DNA of 64,000 nucleotides from Octopus vulgaris (Eukaryota): NCBI GenBank assembly GCA_951406725.2, contig OX597823.1, positions 23,188,001 to 23,252,000 of the forward strand, read 5' to 3'. Shown piece by piece: positions 23,138 to 34,877 of this stretch (position 1 is its first letter; each line of letters starts with the position of its first letter). The notes under the pieces were generated by a model. It saw only the letters and a program-made list of their open reading frames with translations, ran no database searches and was not told where the DNA came from. The position numbers and the translations under genes were made by a program.

Positions 23138-24550
23138 GTAAGTTTATGGTTTTGCTTTCTTTTTTCTTCTTGTTGCTATTGTTGTGTAATCCCAGACCAC
23201 CCTTGCTCAACCAAAGCTATGGTTTACAGATAGTTGGTCAAAATCTAGGCATGACTCAGATCAGTTTTCCCAATTATTTTGTCAACCACAGTGTACACTC
23301 CAGCAAGCGTCTTATGAATTACATGCATGACAGATTAAACATATTGCACTCTCTCCATTGAGCAATCTATTTCTGTACATCTGCAGATTCTAGTGGTAGC
23401 TACAGTGGAAGCAAAAAAAAAAAAAGACTTGAGGAGAAGGCTGCTGCCCCTTAGCACTTACCAAAGTCTTTTTTTTTTTTTGGAAGTTTTACAGTTTATT
23501 TTGAATAAAGTAGTAGCTCTGTTGTATTCCAATGGCATCTGCCATGGGAAAGAAATATTTCAGTGATGAAACTTCATCATATAAGTTGTGATCATCTTGT
23601 CCTCTTTCCTACCATGTTATTTTCAAGATTTTTCTATCCAATATATTTTTTGATTTTAAAAGCATTAAGGTCAAATAAGTGCAAAGAGATCCTTTTATTT
23701 GGTTATATTTTGGTAGTGGTGAGGATCAAATGTAACATCATTTAGGAAGGGTAGCCAACCAAGTTAATAAAGTGCTAACCAACCTGAAAGGGCTTGAGGT
23801 CCTTTCTTATAGCTAATATTATCTCATATGCATAACATGAAGAGGCTATTTATCATGCTCAAACATTTAAAATAGTGGACTTAACAATTACACTGGCTAT
23901 TCACTTGATAGGCAAGCCTTTACTGACCAATATTTGACAATGCATAGATGTGCTGTGTCTTTCTATCTGCCTCATCTTTCTCTCTTTTCCTTCCCACACT
24001 CTCTTTGAAGAATAGGACAGAACCGGCACAGAAATAGGAAGACCATTGTTCAAATTAGAACTCAATATATATGTTGGGTATAATGGATATATTTATATTC
24101 ACACTAAAGAGCTCAGTCTGTTTCTCAGGATCTAGTGATCACAGCCAGACTCACATCAACAGGGGCAAATAATTTATGTGTGTATGGAGTGTTTAGTGGA
24201 GAGTTGAAAGTTCATGGGGTCGCCAAGCATGACTGGTGCTGCATATACTCGTGTATGTCTGTATGTAAATTTTCATTTTTTTTTATTTGGGGCAGGGGTC
24301 TCGTATAAGTGGTTTATGGTCAGTTTCATTATGTGAGTGCATGCAAGGGAGCATTAGTGTCCATGCAAGTGTTTGCAGATAAGTTTGGATGTTTGGATGT
24401 GTGTGTATTTTTGTGCGTAAGATTTTTTTAACGCCATTTGCGTGTACTGTTCTGTCATCATTTAAAAAGACCAAACTTTAATTTATAGTGGTAGTGATGA
24501 TGATGATGATTATACCAATCTTCTTTTAACTTATTTTTTTTTTTATACAG

Positions 24551-24714
24551 TTGACAAAATAATTTCCTGTGAAGCAGAAGTTACTGAGGCTGTTACGAAA
24601 ACTTCAAACACATGTGTGGCATCATCTCAGACAGAGGCAGTCCAATGTGCAGTAAAAAAGATCCTTGAGAAAATTAAGTCAGATGCTGAAAAGGATAAAA
24701 ACTCTACATACTGA
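24551..24714 (+). CDS. Secreted protein exon 4: DKIISCEAEVTEAVTKTSNTCVASSQTEAVQCAVKKILEKIKSDAEKDKNSTY*
   Basis: Poly-T plus ATACAG acceptor, open frame to TGA at 24712-24714, AATAAA at 24796-24801. Total CDS 429 nt. Confidence 0.8.
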
Positions 24715-27700
24715 TTTACAAGCATTGCTTTGATTTCTTTTTGCATATTACGTCCTTTTCCACCCTGGTTTTTTTAAAAATAATATTTCCCTTTGAATAA
24801 ACAGATGAAATATTTTGATTATTACTGTTTCTAATTTATAAATTGTAATTACAAAATGTTTTCTTTATTTGTCCGTTTACTCTTTTACCTTCTAATTTTC
24901 TTTAAAAATTTATCTTTTGGTGAAGTCATAGAAGTATTGTCATGACATATTGGGTGGCCTGGACATTTAAACAAAGCAGAGACCATCTCTTTCCATGTCT
25001 GAATACAGCCGGTTTTCTCTGTATGCATGTGTGTGTGAGAGAGAGGAGGACCAACCCTAGTATTTGACTGATATTTAATCAACCTCAAAAAGATGTAAGG
25101 CAATATTAATCTTGGCTGTATGTGAACTCAGAATGTAGAGAGCCAGAACAAATGCACAAAGCATCTTGGAACACAGAGAGATTTATGATCAAAGACAATT
25201 TCAGTTATATGAATAGAATCTTTCCTTCTGAAATAATGTACTTTGAATAACATCATCCAATGAATACACTTACAGTGAATTAACTGGTCTTTAGGAGTGA
25301 AAAACTGCTTTGGATGCTTGTCCCTCAGGGAATATGACATTTTGTTTCTCTCTGAAGAGCAAAATCTGAAACACTAGATTTCATTTCCTCTTGGCAAATT
25401 AACTCATTTTCATGTTCATTCATCTTCAAACTTTTAGGGATTAACTTTTTGCTGGTACAGATCAACACAGGTTTCTTCGTGTTCTGAATCTTACTAAAAG
25501 CTTGAGGGCAATTTGACTATTATTTTTATCATGGATTATATAACACAAATGTTAAGAGAAAAACTGGGCATGAAAGAAATCAAATGTAGTATGCAAGAAA
25601 GATGACTGAAATGGTATAAATGTAATGTGTATAGATGAGGACAGCTGTACAAAGAAGTATCAATCACATAATGTAGATGGAGTTTGCATAAGAGAAAGGC
25701 CCAGAAAGACACGTAAAGAAGTGGTAAAGGCTGATCAAGGACATTGAACCTCATTGAGGAGAATACAAAGTATCAAGATGACAGCAATATGCAGTTCTCA
25801 AGAAAATTCACCCATCTTGCCAAAACATAGATTCTGGAAACACAATGTATGTGTGTATGTGCACAACTGAGCCCCTCGCCCAATTTCCTCCTCAAGACCT
25901 TCCCATCATCTGTCATCTATCATCTGCAATATTCTACTATTGTAGTTATATATGAGCAGAATTGCATACTTCATCACCTTTTCCCTGATACAACTTTTCT
26001 TTCACACTATCCAGAATCATTTCACTTAATATCCATCCTCCATCCTTAATATTGTTATCTCCATCCACATTTCAAATTGATTACTCTTCTGATCCACCAA
26101 ATGATTGCTCTCTCATTACCATACATCTCTCACTCTCTCCATTCACTACGCCTGCCTATTGTAACTTCACTCAGCCACATACTCTATGTCACACTCTCTT
26201 TCTCTCATCCTTCCCCTATCTACTGTATCATTATTATGGTTCTGCTGCTCTTTACCTCCTACTTGTTCTACAGTTGTCTCCTACTCTCCTCTACTTCCTC
26301 CAACTTGTAGTATGTATCATTGATCACTCTTTATCCACCATTCACTCTATGCATCTCTCACCCCTACCCAATTTCTACAGCTATCACCTACTCTGCCCTA
26401 CTTATCAACCCTCAACAGTTGTTCTTCATCATATTCAGAGTCACCCATTTCCCATCTTTCACTCTCCTATGTGCTCTTGAAACCTATACCCACTCACACT
26501 CCATTCTCCTGCTCCCACTCAGTTCCGTTCAGCTTTTGTCTTAAGGGTCCACTCTGACACATCATCACTACTATCTTTATCTCTTTCCAGCTGCACTCTG
26601 CTTTCTCCTACTATCTCTTCTATGATGTAAATAGCCATGTAGCTTCTCTATAGCAAGAAATTTGTTTATGTTCTGGCCTCTTCTCTCAACTTTAACCCCC
26701 ACATTCCTCAGTATAAAGTAGCACCTCACTTACTCAACAGAAGGAGATCGTGCAAGCTTCATGATAACCTCACTAGTTCTGGTGTCATGTAAAAACATCC
26801 ACCACACTTTGTAAAATGGATGGCAGTAGAAAAGGCATTGCTTATAAATGGAAATTTTGAAACCAGGAAGGTGTTTAGAGAAATGCTTTTGGATTCTTTC
26901 AATAAAAGTCTATATTACCAATTAGATACGGAAACCAGACAATAGAATCAAAAGAAGTGAAACGTATAATACAAGTTTTATACACACAACAAAGAAATTG
27001 TATTTCTGTAATTGAAGATAAGATAATATGCATCTGTTTGCTTTATTAACTATGTTAAACACATTCTTATTAGATTAAAGATTGCCACCAGCAATAACTT
27101 CCAGGTACCTTGTATTTTTTTACAAAAGCAATGAAATCAACTGAGGGACAAAAGTGGTTTTGATATAAAAGTAACAGCAATCCATTTGTTGACAGAGAGC
27201 ATCAAACTACAGTTAGCAAACTAAAGTTCAAGTGAGCTATAGTAACCTTTAAGCCATACAGCTGAAGTATTTTCACAATTTATTTGGCAATAAAATGTTC
27301 TGTTAGGTATTGTTGTTGCTGTCTAGTCTTAGGTCAGCTCTGATTAAGTAGATCCATTTATGACCCTCTCAATTTACATTTATACAATATATCCTCCCAT
27401 ATTTTCAAAGAAAATAGGTTTGAGATTTGAACTACTTCTTGCAATCCAGTGATCCCATAGAGGGTCACTTCTTGGTTTGATAGCTATTCTGATAAGATGA
27501 ACTAGAGAATAAAGTGGTAATACTTTTCCCCACTTAAACATGGATGTCCTATTAGAACAAACTATACTGCAGTCACTGTTATGAGAGAAACTCTCATATT
27601 GGCTCTTTGGTGCAAAATGCACTCCTGTTTATATGGCTAAAGGGGAGATAAATCCCTGCTGCCTCCAGATCAGGTATTTCAACTTTGTTGGTCTTGTCAA

Positions 27701-28373
27701 TGATAGACACTCAACCACTAGAGGCAGCAGTGATTCATCTTCTTGCCAGCAATATATAGAATAACAGTGCCAGAACAGGTGCTGGTGTTGTGATTAGCCA
27801 GTTAGTTTGTTAAAAAATATAAGTGATAAAGGCAGTATTAATACCAGGAGGTAATATTTATCTCCACTTAAACATGGAGATTCTATTAGAACAAACTCTA
27901 CTGTGGTAGTTACCATGAAAGAAATTCTCATAATGGCTTCTTGGTGCAAAATGCACTCAGGTTTATATTGCTAGCAGGGAAACAAACTCTCACTACCTCC
28001 AGCACTGAGACCACCAGATCATGTGATTTCGACACTTGTTACATATATATCAAGAACTATTTTATCTAAGGAGATTTGGCTGTTATTTCTATTAGGTCAT
28101 GCAACTATATAGAGGCTTTCCTGTTGCTGACACTATATATGTCTATGACCAAGAGACAAAACTCTTAATAAATGGGTCCACTTAGAGCTAAGCAGTTAGG
28201 TAGTTTATAATTCATCTCAGTAAGCAGTGACAGCACTGCGAAATTAATGAATATTTTGTTGGTCCACTGTGCTGAGATTATTTCTTCTAGTTGGAAAAGT
28301 TACTTGCAATAGACCAACATCCTGTCCTGGGGAAGGTTTATCACTGACCTGCTTAACAATATTGAGGCAAAGT

Positions 28374-28610
28374 AGGGCAGTGAGCTGGCAGAATCGTTAG
28401 CACGCCAGGCGAAATGCCTAGCAGTATTTCGTCTAGTGTTACCTTCTGAGTTCAAATTCCGCTGAGGTCGACTTTGCCTTTCATCCTTTCGAGGTCGATT
28501 AAATAAGTACCAGTTACGCACTGGAGTCGATGTAATCGACTGATACCCTTTGTCTGTCCTTGTTTGTCCCCCTCTATGTTTAGCCCCCTGTGGGCAATAA
28601 AGAAATAAAT
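28374..28610 (+). mobile_element. tRNA-derived SINE (Meta-like core), well preserved
   Basis: GAGCTGGCAGAATCGTTAGC head, GAGTTCAAATTCC B box, GCCTTTCATCCTTTCGAGGTCGATTAAATAAGTACC core and AATAAAGAAATA tail. Confidence 0.8.
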
Positions 28611-29078
28611 ATTGAGGCAAAATGGGACCACAATAGACAGACAGATAGATATGTGTGTGCGTTTATTTAATATTTTTTCAGTTAAAACAATGCAACTTAT
28701 AAAATAATACAGGTCATGAGTAGTTCTATTACATAATATTTCAATATTTAAAGATCAAGATACCTTTTGCAGGAAATTTACAGTAAAAAAGGTGCTGATA
28801 GCTGATTTCTTTGCTACAGAACAGCGAAATCAGCTATCAACATCTTTTCTCTGTGACCTTCCAGCAGTGGGAGTCCTTCCCCTGAAATATTAGATTACCA
28901 TCGACCTGTATTACCAATTTCTATTACTTCATGAAAGCTCTCTCTCTCCCTCTCTAAGAGGACCGAGCTTTTTGGGGAATGAAAAAATTGTGTATTCGTA
29001 ATCTCCGACATCTAAAATGTAGGAATCTGAAAAATTTTTTTCAAAGGAATGGATTTTTCAAGTAGAGGTACAAAACTG

Positions 29079-29869
29079 GGATCTTTTCCTTTTGAACGGC
29101 ACTTTTCAACACAATTTCTAGTTAACTAAACACTTTTAAACTTCGTATACTGGTAGAATGTGTTTATAAAACATCATTTTTTGGGGGCTTTATTAAGAAA
29201 ATTCTATATGTTGTAACATATTTCCACTTCAATTTCGAGCATTTCGGCAATTTTAACCAATTGCTTACTTCCATTTAGGCAAATAACATTCTGTGCATAA
29301 TGAATATGTCCTTCCTTTAAGAAACAGATTGGGTTTATTTACATTTGTGAAGAAAAAAAGATACCCTTCCCCCCACTCCTAACCCTAAATCTAAAATAGA
29401 TTGAAATGCAATAGATCGATACTAGGGTTATAATCATGGGTGACAATTTCATACGACACCGCTACGGAAAATGAGGTTTTTTTCTAGCAGTGTCAAATGA
29501 AAATATCACCCATAATTATGGCCCTAGTATCGATCTATTGTATTTCAATCTATTTTAGATTTAGGGTTAGGGGTTTGGGAAGGGTATCTTTTTTTCTTCA
29601 GAAATGTAAATAAACCCAATCTGTTTCTTAAAGGAGGGACATGTTCATTATGCACAGAATGTTATTTATCTAAATGGACGTAAGCGATTGGTTAAAATTG
29701 CCGAAATGCTCGAAATTAAAGACGAAATATCTTACAACCTATAGAATTTTCTCAATAAAGCCAAGAGAAAATGATGTTTTATAAACATATTCTACCAGTA
29801 TACGAAGTTTAAAACTTTTTAGTTACCTAGAAATTATGTTACAAAGTGCCGTTCAAAAGGAAAAGATCC
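29079..29869. mobile_element. ~790-bp foldback DNA transposon (near-complete palindrome) with 8-bp TSD
   Basis: GGATCTTTTCCTTTTGAACGGCAC...GTGCCGTTCAAAAGGAAAAGATCC; the arms run to a tiny loop near 29472. Flanks are CAAAACTG / CGAAACTG. Confidence 0.9.
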
Positions 29870-30084
29870 CGAAACTGCATAGGCCCCGATTGTTGGGAGC
29901 GAAATATTGTGATCTAAGCCATTATGCGATATTTACATTTGACTGGGTTGACAAGAATTAAGAGTCTCAGTTACAAACATTGTACAAGGCATCTGCTAAC
30001 AGCTGAGCAGACTGGACTATCAATCTTTTTTCACGGTTTACCTGAAGCAATCAAGGGAGCTAACTCTAAACAGGAAGTAAACAA

Positions 30085-30226
30085 ATGCTGCGTGTTCGAT
30101 CAAAAATGTCTCGGAGAGCGAAATGGCTGTGGGGACTATTTAAAAATTCTTTGTATTCTATCAAACAACAGAAAAGAATCATTGGAAATGATTATTTTGG
30201 GAATGTATATTACGAAAAGGATGCAA
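30085..30226 (+). CDS. NDUFAF2: NADH dehydrogenase 1 alpha subcomplex assembly factor 2 (mimitin), exon 1
   Basis: MLRVRSKMSRRAKWLWGLFKNSLYSIKQQKRIIGNDYFGNVYYEKDA contains the NDUFA12-family GxDxxGNxYY motif. Alternative in-frame ATG at 30106; GTAACT donor; phase 1. Confidence 0.9.
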
Positions 30227-30959
30227 GTAACTGTTTCTTTTAGTTTAAAAAACAAACAAACAATTTTTTTCTCTTGTATCAATTATATATATTAAACATT
30301 GAATGTCTCTATCAAGGGTGTTATTTCGCAGTATAAGAGAAATAATTTTCAAAATATCAAAAATGTTTTATTTGTTCCTCGTCATGTCTTTGTCTTTATA
30401 GCTACGAAACTGCATGTTGAATTGCTGTTGTTTAGCTCCAAATCAATTTTAATTAAGTAGACCTTTGATCAAAAGCATTCCAGCCATGACCATTCCATAT
30501 ATTCAAGGACATCGAGCAATACCTTATTTACCGTGTCATTCTCTTTTTTTAACGTTGGTAGAGTGCGATCTGAAGGTGATTTGACTGTTATTTCTAAGAG
30601 GTCGAGGTATAATGGAGATTCCTACGATATCTCATGTGGGTTTGTCTGTAGATAGTACCAAGTTCAGTTTCTACCGAAGTTGGCTTTGCCCTTCTTCCTT
30701 TCGATAAAAGAAAGTTCGGCGAAGGTAAAGATCATGGACCCGTTGCGATATTTTTGGTTTCTTTATTACAGGAACACACTATATCGAGGGCGGAGATTCC
30801 GAATCTGCAAAAAAAAATCTGCATTTCAAAATTTAAATCCACCCCCTTCACCACCACCCCGCTAAATTTCTTAAATTTTCACTTTTTATTAAAATTTTTT
30901 TTTTTGCGAAATACATAGAAAATATAGAGATTATGATGCTGAAAATAAAATTCTGTAAA

Positions 30960-31970
30960 ACTAGGGATAGATGAATGGTTAGTGAGAGCTGTGCAAGCCA
31001 TGTACAGGGACGCTGTCAGTAAGGTGAGGGTTGGCAACGAGTACAGTGAAGAATTCCAGGTAGAGGTCGGGGTCCACCAAGGTTCAGTTCTCAGCCCTCT
31101 CCTATTTATCATAGTCCTCCAGGCAATAACAGGAATTCAAGACAGGATGCCCCTGGGAGCTCCGCTATGCTGACGACCTTGCTCTAATTGCTGAGTCACT
31201 ATCAGAACTAGAGGAGAAGTTTCAAGTGTGGAAGCAAGGATTAGAATCGAAGGGCCTTAGAGTCAACCTAGCTAAAACCAAAGTCCTAATAAGTAGGAAG
31301 GTAGACAAACCACAAATCCCTTCAGGTAGATGCCCCTGCTCAATCTGTGTGGAAAAGGTATAGGTAGAAACTCTATAAGATGTACCCAGTGTAAGCTATG
31401 GACACATAGGAGGTGCAGCAATATCAAAGGAAGGCTAACTGGGAAGATAGTTTTTGTATGTGACAGATGCACAGAGAACAAAATGTGCAGAGAACAACTT
31501 CCGCCACATTCCAGGGAGAAAAACTAGGAGTAGTTGATAGCTTCCGTTACCTAGGTGACCAAGTCAGTAGTGGGGGAGGGTGCGCTGAAAGTATATCTGC
31601 TAGAATTAGAATAGCCTGGGCAGAGTTCAGAGAGTTCTTACCTCTGCTGGTGACTGGCTTCCATGGTGGCACATAAAAATGCCAGTGGCATGTGAAAAAA
31701 CATTCGAATGAGGTTGTTGCCAGTGCCACTGGACTGGCTCCTGTGCAGGTGACACGTAAAAAACACCATTTAAGAGTAGCCGTTGCCAGTACCGCCTGAC
31801 TGGCCCACATGCCAGTGACACGTAAAAGCACCCACTGCACTCTCGGAGTGGTTGGTATTGGGAAGGGCATCTAGCTGTAGAAACTCTGCCAGATCAGATT
31901 GGAGCCAGTCCTCAGTCAAATCGTCCAACTCATGCTAGCATGGAAAGCGGAAGTTAAACGATGATGATGA
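30960..31970 (+). mobile_element. RTE LINE fragment with internal deletion/inversion and (GAT)n tail
   Basis: VGVHQGSVLSPLLFIIVL, YADDL and FRYLG motifs; same family as 9952-12000. The block 31655-31830 joins directly to the 3'UTR. Confidence 0.88.
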
Positions 31971-33110
31971 TATATATACAGACACACCTCGACTTAAGTC
32001 ATTTCCATTTTAGTTGTTCTCGATTATACGCCAGTTTTCAAAAATAATATATGGAAAAATAAAAATCAAGTTAAGTCATTTCACTGGACTTTACCTCTGT
32101 CTGCCACAGATATTGGAATTGTAAAATCAATAGAAAACCATTAAAAGTACATAAAATCATGTTACTGTACAATAAATAAGAATAAAAGCATATAAAATCA
32201 TGTGAAAATACATACAGTAAATGTTAAGATACACACCATAAAGTAGTGTAGCTTAGTGAACGAAATCATGAAATCAGCTGTGTTTTCTAATTTACTGATC
32301 TTTCGGAGCTTATATTGCACTGTAGTTCCAGTATCTACCGTTAGATGTCATTGTCACTCATTATTCCCACGATTGTTTTGAATTCAGATTTGTTTATGTC
32401 TGTTTATCAGCTACTTTCTCATTCTTGTTTGTTTGTGACTTTATTTTTTGCCCCCGTGGCTCCTAAGAAAATTAAATGTCATACTATAATGCTGGAATTA
32501 CAGAACTGGCAATGGTTATTATCTAGCCCAGGGACAAATAAATTCAGCCTAGCCGAGCTTAGAGACAAGTTTCTGTGATAGTGATAGACTGATATCCTCT
32601 CTATGGAGAGATTTATCTCTCACCTTCTTACTATTGCACAAAAGCTGAACACTGCTCTCCAGAAGGCTCTCAGAACTTAGGAGACATCTTTTCATATATC
32701 TTAATACAGCTATCACAGCTGGCTGGAACTCTGTTAGATCATCTAGATGGAGGTCCTTAGCCATCTAGTGCCATCTCACTACTAACAAAAGTAGGTTTAA
32801 ATGTCCTGGCATTTGAGAGTTAAATAACTTGGTGATAGATAGTGCACCATGTTGGTTACAGAAAACAAACCCTGTTGACCTCTTGGATTGGACTAACTGA
32901 ACATGGGGCAAGGGTTCAAATCTGCTACTATCCAGAGAGAAAGATTTCTTTCTCATCTGTTGAGCACCAAAGTGGAGCTAAGCCTTTAAAAGTTTGCCAA
33001 AGTTCTGGAGACATATAATTGACTGTTAATTAGCTGATTAACTTTTTTATGTGAATTTATGAAAGATTACAGAAAATTCAAACGATCAATCTATTTCTCT
33101 GAAATTTCAG

Positions 33111-33200
33111 ATCCTTCTCGAAACTTGAAAGGGGCTCGATGGGTTGAACGTGCAGATGGAGATCAGATGACACCCCCAGATATGCCTGTAGAATGGGAAG
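33111..33200 (+). CDS. NDUFAF2: NDUFAF2 exon 2
   Basis: TTTCAG|..NPSRNLKGARWVERADGDQMTPPDMPVEWE|GTAATC; RWVE and PxEW family motifs. Confidence 0.93.
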
Positions 33201-34309
33201 GTAATCCAGTATTTCTTCTTTCATTTGTTTAGCCCTTTATGTAACTTTTGTGTGTGTGTGTGTGTATGTGTGTGCATGTTTACTGGTATTGATAGCCAAG
33301 TTGGGCCTCATATATTATTGATGCTACTGTAAATGCAAGAGATGTGCTCAAGAACTGAAAGTCAAATGTATTTCAGTTTTCAGGGTGGCATTATCAGAAG
33401 TAAGTTGGGTTATACCCTTTGTCCAAGCTAAGTGATGTGTATAAAGAGTTAAAATTATTGTAATAATGTTACATTTTGCTATACTTACTTTGGTGTACAT
33501 ATGATGTCATTTACTCAGGGTGGATTGAGCTAGCTCTCACCAATCAGTTCATCATGTCCCCCACGTATACTGACCACATCCAATGGTCGACTGCTGTTAA
33601 GGCTGTAATAGATATCCACCCTCAGTTCCACTGCTGAAACCCATAAATGTAGGGGCCAGATTGTGCTTCCATATCTGCCTTTACTGTCACCAGCCACATC
33701 TACAACTCAACAGTGAATGACAATTATGGCTACAGTGTCTGCACTATCTGATGTTCTTGATTTCCCAGGAGGGTATTTCTGTGATAAATTACTGAACATT
33801 TGGCATAACTGGCAGACTTGTTTCTTTGGAATTACTGCCAAAACATTCAGTATGGAAGAGTAGAATGTTTATTGAAAGAATATTTATTGAAAAGACTATT
33901 TTATTTGAATTAAAGAATAAAGAATAAAAATAATAGATGAATACTATCAAAGAAATGCAAATGCATAAATATCAACTGAAACAAATAATTATTTTTGTTT
34001 TAGAAATACTGTAATTGTTGTAATGAGCCATCACTGGATATTTTTCTGTTGAAAGTATTTGATAATGGAAATATTTGAATAGAAATATAATGAAGTGTTT
34101 ACATTCTGCATTATGTCTTTAATATCCTTCCATATTTTAAACCAATTCACCTGAGGCTACTTCTGGCTCATTGGCAACCCCCCCAAACCCCAACAAAGTC
34201 CACCTATTTTAGTGTGCAGGTGTTTAATTTAAAACTTAATGTAGTAATTTTATGCAAGAAGCTTTTTATAGGTTATGCTATAAATACCAAATCAATACAG
34301 AAATAAATA

Positions 34310-34669
34310 CAGTAATGCCTCAATATATGAGGTGGCACGTAAATGAGGCACGTATATGAGGTGCGGGTGGCACGTAAAAAGCACCCACTACACTCACGGA
34401 GTGGTTGGCGTTAGGAAGGGCATCCAGCCGTAGAAACACTGCCAGATTTGACTGGGCCTGATGAAGCCTTCTGGCTTCACAGACCCCAGCAGAACCGTCC
34501 AACCCATGCTAGCATGGAAAACGGACGCTAAATGATGATGATGATATGAGTTAATTCATTTCCAGAGAATGCTCATAAAGCAAACATTTGTCAACAGAAA
34601 ATAAAACTTGTAAAAACTTGTAAAACCAAGGTCTCGTAAAGCAGGTCTTTGTAAAATGAGGTATTACTG
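34310..34669. mobile_element. pogo/Tigger-type MITE interrupted by an RTE 3'-end copy (34330-34545, +)
   Basis: TA-CAGTAATGCCTC...GAGGTATTACTG-TA. Confidence 0.65.
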
Positions 34670-34836
34670 TATGATACTAATTATTTAAATTCAACAAAAT
34701 TCTTGATTAGTTTCAAATTAGAACATATAGGTATGTGTATTTGAGAAGAAATATAACTCTGAAATAGTAATACTATGTTATGTTTTATTTTATGTGTTTG
34801 TGTCTAATGTAAATTACTCAATGGGAATTTTTCCAG

Positions 34837-34877
34837 CTTGGATCCGTGGCAAGCGACAAAATCCACCAACAGAAGAG
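34837..34877 (+). CDS. NDUFAF2: NDUFAF2 exon 3
   Basis: TTCCAG|AWIRGKRQNPPTEE|GTAAGA; matches the family motif W(I/L)RxxRxxPPT. Confidence 0.93.

Noticed and set aside
25849-26700. Several overlapping 66-142 aa ORFs in a C/T-rich tract
   Set aside because: Low-complexity, compositionally biased decayed repeat with no recognisable domain or splice structure.
28374-28470. tRNA-like A/B boxes here and in other copies
   Set aside because: These are SINE heads with no cloverleaf, each followed by the SINE core and tail.
29378-29580. Telomeric TTAGGG repeats
   Set aside because: Only 1-2 units within the foldback element arms; not an interstitial telomere array.
29924-30295. 123-aa ORF overlapping the NDUFAF2 start
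   Set aside because: Wrong frame; the conserved GNDYFGNVYY motif is in the frame starting at 30085/30106.
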